Below, one piece after another: positions 52,250-64,000 of a stretch of 64,000 bases of DNA. Origin of the DNA: the human T2T-CHM13v2.0 reference genome, Homo sapiens. The stretch is taken from assembly GCF_009914755.1 (NCBI RefSeq), contig NC_060937.1; one strand, given 5' to 3'. Position 1 is the stretch's first letter, and the number at the start of each line of letters is the position of its first letter. The notes under the pieces are model-generated. The model searched no databases and was not told the DNA's origin. It was given only the letters and a program-made list of their open reading frames with translations. A program made the translations under genes and the position numbers.

Positions 52250-53390
52250 TCTTTTGAAGTATTTAGGAAAGAGTCTGGAAACAAATACGGAACATACAAA
52301 ATGGAGTGGGAATGGGAGTTATATATGTAACAGGGATGTTATTTAAAATCCATTAATGGGCTTTCTTTTTACCTACGTGAGTTCTTTACCTTGGTCCTGG
52401 TTGGCTCAACGTATCTGTATGCAGGGTTGGGGAGGGGTTTGAAAAATATTACAGAAGATTGCAGAGAGAAAGCTGGACATAATATTTAACTTCTCCCATG
52501 CAAGTTAAGATTCGGCAACAGAGCAATAACACTGAAAATCAGGTAACTGTAGGGATAGGGAATTTCATACCTGTCTTTACACATTCACTCCCACCCACCT
52601 TCAGTAAGAGAAGCCATGCACCAAAGACTCAAAATTGTGGATTTTCCTCTGAGATAACCCCTTTGTCTTTGATACCAAAACCAGAAGACCTGACAGCTGA
52701 TGACACGGAACCTACTTAGATGTGAGAGAGAGGTAGATGTGTTATATGAGCAATGCTGACACTGACAACTCAGGAACTGATGATCATTTAAGATATTCTA
52801 CTACCTACAACAACCTTGGGCAAAGCCGCAGAGTCAGACAGAGTGGATCCCTTGGGTTTAGCTTTCTGGGCTGCTGTCAGTGCCCATGGGCTGTGGATGC
52901 TGAATTGATGGCCGGGGGACTTGTCAATCAGTCTACCATGGCAGGCAAGGAAGCCCTGTAGCAGAGTCTGACCAAAGATGCAGCAGACGCTCAGGGGTCT
53001 GCAGATAGGCAGAGTCAAGGAGAGGCCACTTCATCCCATGAGTGTTTCTTGGCCTAGAGCAACCCAGAAGAGACCAAGTCATGGCTTAAATCGGCTAGAC
53101 TTTGGGGCCAGCAGGACCCATAGCAATAGGAACATCACTCTGGTGACAGGGGACAACAGCTTGCACACCTTCAAGGACTGTGTAAGGCCAGGGAGTCTCT
53201 TTGCCCTGTGATGTGAGAAGGAGTAAGATCCCCTCTCCTCCAAAAATGGGAGTCTACCCTAGGGAGAGATGCAGAAGGAGGCAGGAAGTGGGCTATCTAA
53301 GGGATTTGGCATTTTTTCCCTAAAGTATCTGCAGACTAGCTAAAGGGATGCATAGATACACACAATGAATTGAATGAGTTTAAACCGATG

Positions 53391-53513
53391 GGAAAGTTAG
53401 TTAAAGGTGTTCTTGCTCACCAGCAGGCAGAGGCTTGGGAGAAATGCTGGATTGGAAACTTAGTTAAAGGTGTTCTTGCCAACCAGTGGGTAGAGGCTTG
53501 GGAGAAATGCTGG
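53391..53513. repeat. 63-bp tandem duplication
   Basis: GGAAA(G/C)TTAGTTAAAGGTGTTCTTGC..ACCAG..AGAGGCTTGGGAGAAATGCTGG twice (starts 53391 and 53454). Confidence 0.95.
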
Positions 53514-54159
53514 GTCAGAGTTCTGCTGAAGGGTTTGTCAAAAAAGGCAGAAAACATGCCAGAAAAGATGCAGAAAAGATATGACTATCTTCAAAACATG
53601 TTGAGACATTCTTGCCCTTTGCCCACTTCCAGTAGCCCTGAGAATGACTTCCTTTTTATTTTTTTACATTTCCCCCTTCCCTTACCTTTTATTTACTTAT
53701 TTATTTTTAAAGATTTATCCTCATCTCTTTGAGGAAGATGAAAGCTCAGATTTAGTCAAATAAAACCTGTTCTATAAATAGCCCAGGATGCTCTACCATG
53801 TTAGACATGAACTTGCAATCATTCAGGCTGCCAATCAGTTTTGCTCAGAAGAAGCTTCTGGCTCAGTTTATTTGGGAAAGAGGCTCTCTTGAAACTTCTA
53901 GGGAAGGTTTTGGGGATGAATATGGAACACGTGAAAATGGTGCTTACTTACGGGACTTCCATGGACCGTCTGGTATAGTCTGTTGAAGGTGATAGCCTCA
54001 TGTTTCTCTGATGCCTCAGAGCATCATTTTGGGGTCCTGTGGGTCCTGGTTCTAAGATGCTCCTCCTTGGGTCCCAGGGTAATCTTTGGGACCGAAGCTC
54101 AGAAGTCCAGCAAAATGGTAGACTGCATACTCATATGCAAGATAATAACAGGCTGGGCC

Positions 54160-54392
54160 ATGATTGCTAGCATTTACGGAGTACTTAGTACATGTCAGGT
54201 AATGTCCAAGCACTTGATAAATATTTCATTTAATCTCAGAGCAATCCTATGAGTCAGGCACTATTTATCATTTCTATTTTATAAATTAGAAAACATATTC
54301 AAAAATATCAAATACTTGCCCAGTTTCAGCAGCCAGGAAATGGCAATACTGAATGAAAAGCCAGGGACTACAGCCAGGTGACAACTTAGCCT
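54160..54392 (-). mobile_element. MIR
   Basis: GCTAGCATTTACGGAGTACTTA..TTTCATTTAATCTCAGAGCAATCCTATGAG..ATTTTATAAATTAGAAAAC..ACTTGCCCAG. Confidence 0.75.
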
Positions 54393-55408
54393 GACACTCA
54401 AGCAGCAAACAATCCCAAGGAAGTCAAGTCAAAATCTGCTCTCTTATGCCTGGCCAGAGCCTGCTCTTGTCTTCTGCCCTCCCAATCATCCTGTGTGCAA
54501 CAGGCCCCTAAATGTTACTCTACTGCAAAGCAGACGTGCAAAGAAAACATAATGTCTTTATGGAGTCTGCAGTCTCATCTTTGCCACTGGTCAGCAAGAA
54601 TGCAATTAATTAAGGGTCCGATCCAGAAAAGCTGTCACAAATAAGATGTAAATTTGGCAGAAGGGCAGGAGAGGGTGGGTTTGGGAGGGCCTGCTGTGGG
54701 GCTGGAAGACTTCTGAAATGCCACAGGAAAGCCTGTGAGTTCTATGCCCTTACGGGGAGAAGGAGAGAACTATACAGAATAGATGAGGGCCAGAGAGAGA
54801 AAAGTGACAGGTAGAGAATAACTTCCCTCTCATTATCTAGGGAGGCTGACACACGTGCATTTGTATTGTAGTTAAAAGCTGTGCAATTGCAGAGAGAGAA
54901 GAGATCCAGGAGGGAAGGGGTGTATAGAATCATGTCTATTCTTGCTATAAACAACCACTCACATTTGTACATCACTTTACAGTGTATAATACACTTCACA
55001 TACATAATCGCACCAGCTACTCCAGCAATAATTGTTCCAACCTATAGGTCCTTTCTCTGTGAGGGATCAGTGGAAAGCAATTAGCATGTGTGCGAAACCA
55101 AGACTGTTTACACTTCATGCTTCAAAGCTAATCATCTCCCAATCATTTTATTTGTTCATCTGTTTTCATGTAAAGTGTTCACTGTAAATAGAATTGGGGA
55201 CAGCAAGGGTCACACGCATATGAAAATGTCCTCGATTACTTTAAAATGCTGATACTTGTCCTTCTGTAGAGGCTGCCTGAGACAGCACTTACAGGTGCCA
55301 AAGCTTGTAAATGAGTCCCAAGACCCTCCATTAACACATCATTCATTTGCTTTCATAAGGGAAGCACAAATAGATCTCCAATTAAGGTTTTTCTCATTGT
55401 TCTTCCAG

Positions 55409-55527
55409 GCTGTTTACAAACTCTAACAGGTTTTGGTCATGAATGATATTGGGTGGCCGTAACATATGCTATTTTTCAAAGAGTGGACAGTTGACTACCA
55501 ATTTTCTGCACATGGATTACCCGGATG
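55409..55527 (+). other. Candidate non-coding exon (119 nt)
   Basis: Acceptor TTTTTCTCATTGTTCTTCCAG| and donor ATG|GTGAGG in unique sequence; stops in all three frames. Confidence 0.25.
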
Positions 55528-56824
55528 GTGAGGATCACTCTTCCATGTCCATCTGCTGGATCCTCCTTAAGGTCAGGGGCATGTGGCTCTCCTTCCAGCA
55601 TTATTCCTCAATCCCAAGCCAGCCTAAAGTTTATCTCTAGTTTTCAAATTACCCACTGACATCGAGAGCTGCCTTCATCAGGAGCTGACTGGATATATCT
55701 CCCCCTGCCCCGGCCCCAGGTTCCTACCATATCAGATTAAGCGAAAGGCAATAGAAGGTGTAGAGCCATAGTTATTACACTGAGATTCAAAGGGAACAGC
55801 ATACACCGAGCACTGTGTCATTTAAATTGGCAGATTTCCACTCCACGCTTCATTTGCCAAACATTTGGTGTGGATCGAGTTGGCCATCAGCACGAACCAA
55901 GTGCCTGTTGCTGTTGGCTGTTGGCAGCCACACATCCCTAGGCGGCTCCAGCTGTGGCCACTGCAGCACTTCCTATCAGGCAGACTATGGCAGGTAGAGA
56001 CAAGGTGGGCCCATCATGGGACTGAACACAAAGCTGCCTTCCCCACTTTTTCCGCATTACTCCATGTGTCCGGTTTTAATACTTCTCCTCCCCCATGCAT
56101 GGTTGTCCTGATTGATGTTTAAAAATAGTATATGCAAATGTCTGTCTACCTATCATCAACTATCATCTAATCGATCTATATGAATATATATGAACCTCAA
56201 AAATATTCTCATCATAAGTGAGACTATGAGCCATAATTAGGACTTCATTTAAAAAACTGTTGGCGCTATTATCCTATTTTGGCTCCTGTCAAATGAAATA
56301 TTTGCTCTTCTTACCTTTGCACATTTCCACGTGAGCAAACACACAGCTCTTCCCAGAAAATCAGAAAGATTGCATCTTAGATTCACACCTGCAGGTGGTA
56401 AGGTTTTCTCAGAGGCTATATAGAAACACTGCATTTCCCAGGGGCTTGGAGAAAAGCAATTTTAAAATAGTTTGAGATTTTTTTCTGGGAGGCGGCACTT
56501 GGTGACCACACCTAAAAGTTTATTTGTCATGTGTTGATTCATTTGTTCATTCAATGCGTTATTTTCTAAGAGCTTTATATGTACTACCTCTGACGACACA
56601 GACAAATCAAGTGAGACATTTTCCCCCAAGTATCTTACAGTACAAACAGGGGAAAGAATTTTCCTAGAATCACCTTAAATCCACCCCTTGGTCCTTTTCA
56701 GAGCATGTTCACATCACTTTTCTCCTTGGATGCCATCAAAACAGGCAAGGCTGGCATTATTCTCCTCCTCAATGGGGGAGGAAGCCAAGGTCTACCCAGA
56801 CTGTGCTGTTGGTTGTTGGTGGAG

Positions 56825-57030
56825 CCTGTACCAGGATCTCTCACCAGCTGTGTGACTCAGGGCAAATTACCCAACTGCTCTGGGCCTCAGTTTCATCATC
56901 TGTAACAACGGCATGAATAATACCTGACTATTTCATAGTCAGCCAACTCAATCCACACCAATATTTGTTAGTGCTTAGCACTATTCACAGCACAGAACAG
57001 GCACTCAATAAACAATAGCTATTCTTAGCT
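56825..57030 (+). mobile_element. MIR
   Basis: TCACCAGCTGTGTGACTCAGGGCAAATTAC..CTCTGGGCCTCAGTTTCATCATCTGTAA..AGGCACTCAATAAACAATAGCTATT. Confidence 0.8.
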
Positions 57031-58017
57031 CTTAGAAGCTCCACTTAGATACTGCTGCTGCTATGAAGCTAATACTGCCCTACTGGGATGGCTCTCCTGG
57101 CATTTTCTGAAGCAATGTCTAGCTCACTTTTAGGGCTTGCAGTCACCAGCGGATTTCAGTTGAGAGACATCAAAGCTGGTTTAACAGGCAAGATCCCCAC
57201 ATCTTTTTTTACTCCATCCCCTCTCCCTACAAACAGTATAAACAGGGGATACACATACATGTGTGTGTGTTCTATTTCTATCTTCCCCTAGATATAAACA
57301 AACACACATGCACGTGTGTGTGCATCACATGCACCTCATATCCAGGACCATCTCCAGTCTCAATACCTCTTCAACCCTTTTTAGGCTGCGGTGCAAATGG
57401 GGTCCGGTAACTCCAAGAAGGTGCTGCAGTCGGAGGCCTGTGGGACCTGAACGGTTGCTAGGTTACCATCCCCTGGGACTGGTCTGCTCCAGCTGGCCTG
57501 GAGGCTTGACAGATTTCAGCTGATTCCGAGTAACTCTACTTCTTTGCTTTTAAGGTCCCCTGGGAATGTGAGTGTGAACCAAAGAAGATTTGTAATAAGC
57601 CTGGGAGGACTGCCTAGACCCGATCCCTGTGGCTGCACTGAGCCTGGGTGGGAGAAGGAAGCCAGGAGGGTGCAGAGGGTGCAGGCAGAATTCCCTGCAT
57701 CAGCTGTGCTTCTTGACTCCCCACAAAAAGGCCAAAGGCCAGTGGACTCTGTTTGTCAAGGGAGATTTTCATGGTTTTTTAAGTGAAAAGAAGTGAGTGT
57801 GAGTGTGGGATTAATGGGGGAAGGTTCAGGCCTTTGGGAATTTTTCTTAAGTAGCCTCTGTGAGTATAACAATGATGAATGTGGCTGCACTCACCACCAG
57901 GGAGCTTCAGCGATGGCAGGAGAGAATTCCTGACACACCCTCATTCAGTTGTTCCACTCTGAACCCAGCAACTATTTTGCATGCATTTGCTCAGTTCTGA
58001 GAATTGGGGAAAGAAGT

Positions 58018-58200
58018 CATTTTCCATTACACTCAACAAATATTTATAGACACAGTATAAGCTAGACATGGCGCTAGTTTTAAGGATAGTTTAAGTGAGT
58101 GAAGCAGACAAGGCCCTGTCCTCATGGAGCTTATAGTCTAGGGGAAGATAGAAATAGAACTAGTAATGCCAGATATATGGAATCACACATCAAGGGGAAA
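58018..58200 (-). mobile_element. L2 3' end
   Basis: ACTCAACAAATATTTATAGA..GTGAAGCAGACAAGGCCCTGTCCTCATGGAGCTTATAGTCTAGGGGAAGATAG. Confidence 0.8.
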
Positions 58201-58234
58201 CTTGAGAGACAATATAGCCTGGGGCTGGATTGTG

Positions 58235-58440
58235 CGCTGTAAAGCCAGAGAGTCTCCTTGGGAATCTTGGCTCTGACATTTACTAACTATATACTTAGCC
58301 CGGCTTAGCCTCATTTATAAAATGGAATAGTAATAATAATAATATTTACTTTATAAGGTGTTCATATATAAATTGGTTAATGTACAGAAAACAATTAGAT
58401 CAGTTGGTGGCACATAGTAAATAATCAGTGTGAGTTATTA
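58235..58440 (+). mobile_element. MIR
   Basis: GAATCTTGGCTCTGACATTTACTAACTAT..CCTCATTTATAAAATGGAATAGTAATA..TGGCACATAGTAAATAATCAGT. Confidence 0.7.
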
Positions 58441-60019
58441 TGGATTCTCCCTTGCTTTGGTGGGTAATTTTTTAAGAATCATGTTCTATTAACTCTTTGC
58501 AGGGTGCTAACATCAGGAGAGAGCAAACTCACTTTCTGCCTCAGTTATAGTTAATTTTATCCCTGATAAGCTACTTGAGGATATAGATTTTGGCAGAAGG
58601 TTGGAATCAAATCCTCAGTTGCTACCTTTTATGCAAAAAAAAAAAAAAAAAAAAAAAACCCAAAGCAAATCAGGTCTAGTTTTCTCAGAGCCAAGCAAGA
58701 AGTACATTTCTAAGTATTCTCACGAGCTGGTCATCTAAGGCCGGCCCCTCAGACCTAAGAACAAATGAATAGCCCAGAAGGCGTGGATACGAAGTCATTA
58801 AAAAGAACAAATGTGAAGGGCAGGATTCTAGAAATTGGTGCCAAGGATAGGACTAAGTTCTCCTTCTAAATGTGATGGAAGGCATCTTTTCAGAGAATAA
58901 GGGCTAATTAATAAAGATTGGTTGCTGTTCCTGGCATTGAGAGTTTTAAGGCACTTACTGAAGGAAAACAAAGTGGTATTGACCCAGCCTTAAAGCCAGA
59001 CATTGATGAGGGCACCGGAAACCATCCACACAACACAAACACTTTCCTGTCATTTTCCCATAAATGGAAAGAGCAGAAATCTGCCAGCCTTTGGTTCAAA
59101 GATCTTGTAAGACTTTAAAATACACATCAGAGATATTCCTGAGAATGACACAGCACCTTAGACTAAGCCACCCTGGACAGCGATGCTGAGATGAGATGCC
59201 TGTCTCAACCCTGTAACTCAAAGACTCAAGTCTTCTTTTGTTTCTGTCAATTGCAAACCCCAATGTACTCTGTAGTCATCCAGAGTGTTAGCGTTTAGAA
59301 GGAAGTTAGAAATAACATAATCCAAACCCTTTCCTTTATAGCAAAGCAACTGAAGTCCAGAGAACGGAGACCATCCAGAGCCGCACCCAGTTAATGGCAG
59401 GGCAGAGACTGAAACCCAGATGCTATTTGTTGTCCACCTTCTTCTAATATCTTGGGGGTTGTTTACCATCTGCTGGCAGATTCCCTGGCTATCACCAGCC
59501 TCCATGTCGGTTATTAACAACTTGAAAGCAAGGACAATACCAAATACCATGGGGTGGTGTTTGCCTCTGATTGATGGTTTTGTTCTCACGAAGTTAGCAC
59601 TCTCTGAATGGTTTCTTATTTTCTAGACATGTGATGTCTGCTGTTGGGCAATGTCTAAGCCTCAGTGGTTTTGATAATTAGGCTTTCTTCCAGTAGAGCT
59701 TTTCCTCTCTTGCTTTTTCCTCAACAGGTAGCCCCTCTTCCCAGCGTGGCTGCTTCTCTTTTGGGTAAACACACATGCAAAGCCTGCCCTGATCCTCCCT
59801 CTAGGCAGACCCTGATGCATCTTCTTTGGGGCACCTTTCACTAATCTTTAGACTTGCCCTTTATAAGACATGAGTCTTATCATTAAGATTACTATAATAT
59901 CTTCTTATGATTGTTATTAGATTATTATAATAATCTTATCATCCTTTATTTGCTGGTCTGTCTTCCTAATAGATCATATGCTTCATAGGATCAAGAACTG
60001 TGACTTTTTGTTTCCCTAG

Positions 60020-60760
60020 AGACTTGTCTGTTGGCTGAAGAGCAGTTCATCCACCAGAACAGGAAGAAAGGCTGAGTAGCTGGCCACTGGCTCGGAACAG
60101 CAGATGAGGTGGTGGGAGCAGATAGATGTTCTCTTCTAGTTTCCTCTGCTTTCTCTGTGAAATAGAAAGGAGGATCCTTGCCTGAGAAGAAGGATGGGAA
60201 AGGGGGAGTTCTGGAGGTCTGGGGAGAGACAAGAAGAGAAGGTGTGAGGTTGTCAGGAGAGAGGGTCAGAGCACGGAATAGTTTGGGAACAAGATGATTG
60301 ACAAGAGAAGGGGCATGGTCGTGGGACAGTCTAGGATATGTGAGACATTTACCTAGGACAGTGGGCGAGAGACTGGACCAGGGAACTGTTGCAGTATCTA
60401 TGAGAAGTACTTGGGGCCTACTTGAGGTTAGAGGCCATGAATTTCAAGGGAGACCATTGGCCAGATTGAATGTTTTTTCCAGATGCACACATTGTGCAGA
60501 TGAAGGCTCAGAGTTGATAAAAAGTTGTAGTTAGCCATGTTCAGGGTTTTGCTGAGAGAGTGCCACAATAGGAGAAAGAGGCCAGGATGGTAAGGGAGCA
60601 ATGTCAAGGACTCAGGACAGCAATGGACTGTGGGATCTCAGCTGGGTGAAAAGGGAGGGAAGAAATGAAGGAGCTGAGGGACAGTGGTAGGGCCACATGA
60701 GGACCAAAGAACTCTGAGATCAGCCTGCCAGGGTAGGGAGTGAGAAGAAACCTGGGAAAC
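60020..60760 (-). mobile_element. L2 ORF2 internal fragment
   Basis: Reverse complement near 60130-60180 translates DPPFYFTEKAEETRREH, resembling L2 ORF2 DLASYFTEKIEAIRREL; purine-rich + strand; CATGAATTTCAAGGGAGACCA. Confidence 0.7.
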
Positions 60761-61906
60761 CGCACATCCTTTCTAATATGATATGAAGGCAAATAGAAGA
60801 TAGGAGTGTGTTTGCTTGTTTTAATGTCCATACTAGGCAAAATAAATTATTGGTACTATATTAGTTCTCATAATGCTTTTGGTCATTTTACCAGTCCATG
60901 AAAGTAAAGTCTGGGAACCACTTGTTTAGAGAAAACAGCCTGCAAGCCTGTCCTGAAGTGACCTGGCATTAGTGTCTCCAGTGGGAGGGAATTCTTTGCT
61001 TTAAGACTTCTCTGTCTTCCCTGAGCCAATGAAAGTCATGGAGAGGCACATGGATTGAAGACCCTTAAATTTTCCTTAATGTGTGTACAAATCCACGCCT
61101 GAGTTGGTTTTCTGTATCATTTACCCTACAAGTGGATTTGAAGCTGGCATGCTCTTTCTTGAGTCCCTAAATGCCTTGAGGATAAAGTGTCCACATAGCC
61201 TGACAGGGCAGAATCTCTCCAGCTGGGGTTTCCAGGAAGCTTTGAGCAAGAGGTGTGGAAATCAGAGCTTCAGCAGCTGCTGCCTGCTGGGAACAATAAG
61301 CTGTGGCTCTCCCTTCAAGCAGAGTTTTGTTTTCTGCTGGTGTCATATCAAATATGCCATCAGTGTCTCCATGGTCCAGCAGTAACCAGTGAGTAGCCTC
61401 ACAGCAACAAGAAGCCAGAGAATTAAGTGTCTCAAGGTCAAGGAAGCAGGGCCTTCTTGGATCAGCTATGGAGCATTACCTTAGCCTTGTTGGCTTGGGC
61501 CTAGGGAGAGCTATACATCACATCCTAATGAGCAAATATGAAAGGATCAGAGAATGATGAAATGACTTCTGCTCAGAAGGTCACAGAGTAATGGCTCTCC
61601 TGATGTTGTCTTGAGCCAAGTTACAACAGGACAGAATCTGCTAATCTTGAAAGAAAAGGCTTTGTCATATGTCAGTGTTCATCTTTTTTTCTCTCACATT
61701 CTCTTCCTCACCAAAATCAGGATCTCCTCTTCCTCCCCTTTCTCCTCCTCTGCCATTTCCTTCTTTATTTAATGTATAGACCTCTTTTCATTTAGGCTGT
61801 TCATCTTATACAATATAGTGTGATGGCTCTGGCCACAGGTTATAGATTTCTGAGATTTTTCATGCTGCCATGAATATATACTAATGTTTGGACATTGGGC
61901 ATATTA

Positions 61907-63035
61907 TTTTTTTAACTTCTATTTTAGATTCAGGAGGCACAAGTGCAAGTTTGTTACCTGGATATATTGCATGACGTTGAGGTTTGGGGTATGAATGATC
62001 CCATCATCCAAGTACTGAACATGGTACGCAATAGTTAGTTTGTCAACCCTGTCCCCTTCTCTTCATCCCTCCCCCATGTGGCAGTCCCCAATTTCTATTG
62101 TTGTCATCTTTATGTCCATGAGCACCCAATATTTAGCTCTCACTTATAAATTAGAGCATGTGGTATTTGGTTTTCTGTTATGGCATTAATTTGCTTAGGA
62201 TATTGGCCTTCAGCTGCATCCATGTTGCTGCAAAGGACATGATTTTGTTCTTTTTTATGGCTGTGTAGTATCCCATGGTGTATATGTACCACATTTTAAA
62301 AAATCCAATCCACCATTGATGGGCACCTAGGTTGATTCCATGTCATTGCTATTGACAATAGTACTGCTATGAATACACACATGCATGTGTCCTTTTGGTA
62401 GCATGATTTGCTTTCTTTTGGATATATACCCAGTAATGGGATTGTTAGATCAAATGGTAATTATGTTTTAAGTTTTTTGAGAAATGTTCACACTGCTTTC
62501 CACAGTGCCTGAACTAATTTATATTCCCACCAACAGCGTATAAGCATTCCACTCCCTTTTTTTTTTTTGACATGAGGCCTTGCTCTATCACCAAGACTGG
62601 AGTGCAGTGGCACAATCATGGCTCACTGCAGCCTTAACCTCCCAGGCTTATGTCATCCTCCCACCTCAGCCTCCTGAGTAGCTGGGACCACAGGTGCAAA
62701 CCACCACTCTTGGCTAATTTTTAATTTTTTAAAAATGGAGACAAGGTCTCATTACATTGCCTAGGCTGGCCTTGAACTCCTATGCTCAAGCAATCCTCCC
62801 TCAGCCTCCCAAAGCATTAGAATTACAGACATAAGTCACCACACTCGGCCCACTTTTCTCTGCAGCCTCACCAACATCTGCTGTTTTTTGACTTTTTAAT
62901 AATAGCCATCTGACTGACGTGAGATGGTATCTCATTGTGGTTTTGATTTGCATTTCAGTGACGATTAGTGATGTAGACAATTTTGCGTGTTTCTTGGTCA
63001 AGTGTATGTCTTCTTTTGAGAATTGTCTGTTCATG
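61907..63035 (-). mobile_element. L1PA15/16-like 3' fragment inserted in a MIR
   Basis: TTTTAACTTCTATTTTAGATTCAGGAGGCACAAGTGCAAGTTTGTTAC..CAGCTGCATCCATGTTGCTGCAAAGGACATG; minus ORF 62801-63034 ([23 protein letters not shown]) is the L1 ORF2 C-terminus; MIR resumes at ~63037-63142. Confidence 0.92.
62557..62850 (-). mobile_element. AluJ nested in L1
   Basis: GCACAATCATGGCTCACTGCAGCCTTAACCTCCCAGGCT..GCTCAAGCAATCCTCC (J diagnostics); poly(T). Confidence 0.9.
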
Positions 63036-64000
63036 CAACAATAGCATTCCCCTTTCTAGTGTTGTTGGAGGATTAAATTTTAAAAAATGCCTATAAAGCT
63101 CCGGAAGTGCTGACCACAGAATAAGCATGCAATTAATGTTATCTCTTATAATTATCTGTAAAATGTACAGAATATGCAGGGAATGGGTTTAGAGACTCAT
63201 GCTAACAAGCATTTATAAACACATACAATTATCTTGGTGTTAAGGGAAGGTATCACAGAATGACATCTTTGTCATCTAGTGCCATTGGTTTTGGTCATTA
63301 TTTAAGGTATGACTGAATCACCTGCCCCCTGAGAGTTCTTCCTGGGGAGTCCCTCCTGAAAGTCTTTCTTAGAGATTGTCCCCAGTTGTGAGACAATCTC
63401 TAGATGACTGTCTCCTTTTGCTTTACTATGTTAACCCCTAGTCAGAAACATAATTTCAATGAGACAGATTCCTAGTTTTAGTAGAAAATTAGGGCTTTTT
63501 GAAAACCACTTTAAATACCCAAAGTGAAAAATATCCAAGTGACCTGAAAAAGAAGTCAACATACTTTTCAAAAATCTCAGTTTTTCTCTGTTTACAGAAA
63601 TGGGAAATCTGGCTGCAGAAGATACCTTTTTTCTAAAATGCATAAGCCTATCTTGTAGAATAATTGGATTCATAGCTTAGACCTAGCAGCATTGTTTCCC
63701 TTGGAACAGAAATGGGTGTACTTAAAAGGAAAGTTATATTTGCTAAAAAATAAAGGCTGCTCTAACTCTAGTGGCCCATGAGGACTGAAACACTAGAGCA
63801 CATTTATCATGCTGGTTCTGTGAGGTTGTTCAAGGGCTGAGATGAAATACATTTGGAAAGTTTTGGTGTGTTAGGTGAGCCAGAGCAGGAACTGCATCCC
63901 TAATGCATGTTCTCATTAGGAGAATTGCTTTCTAATTTAAAAACTCACCAGACCATCGCTTCAGTTTCATCCTACAAATTCTACTAGGAGAGTGCATGTT

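Noticed and set aside
58635-58658. Isolated A24 tract as a retroposed tail
   Set aside because: No element body, adjacent polyadenylation signal or convincing TSD; treated as a mononucleotide repeat.
59919-59936. 18-bp palindrome AGATTATTATAATAATCT
   Set aside because: Low-complexity AT sequence within a decayed L2 region; likely slippage.

Overview
Primate (human-like, Alu-containing), AT-rich, CpG-depleted genomic DNA, probably intronic or intergenic. I cannot support any protein-coding gene, RNA gene or CRISPR array; the supplied ORFs are repeat-derived or chance. About half of the window is interspersed repeat: a near full-length ancient L1 (7471-15611, minus) that splits a MER3 and carries four Alus and a MER21-like LTR, other Alus and a FLAM, L1 fragments, HAL1, many L2/MIR relics, MaLR/ERV LTRs (MLT1, MST, THE1, LTR16, MER89) and DNA transposons (MER44/Tigger7, MER5). 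The unique stretches are rich in homeobox/TALE/TCF-type motifs. The most unusual observations are a putative fossil non-LTR reverse-transcriptase frame (44500-44965, minus), a 36-bp tail-less internal Alu fragment between 14-bp direct repeats next to a fold-back tandem repeat (28860-29069), a ~500-bp local duplication (26751-27263 / 27895-28390), an LTR16 fused to an ERVL RNase H remnant, several smaller local duplications and one candidate non-coding exon. Repeat subfamily names come from recalled consensus sequences, not a database search, and boundaries of old repeats are approximate. I found no convincing new biological system.
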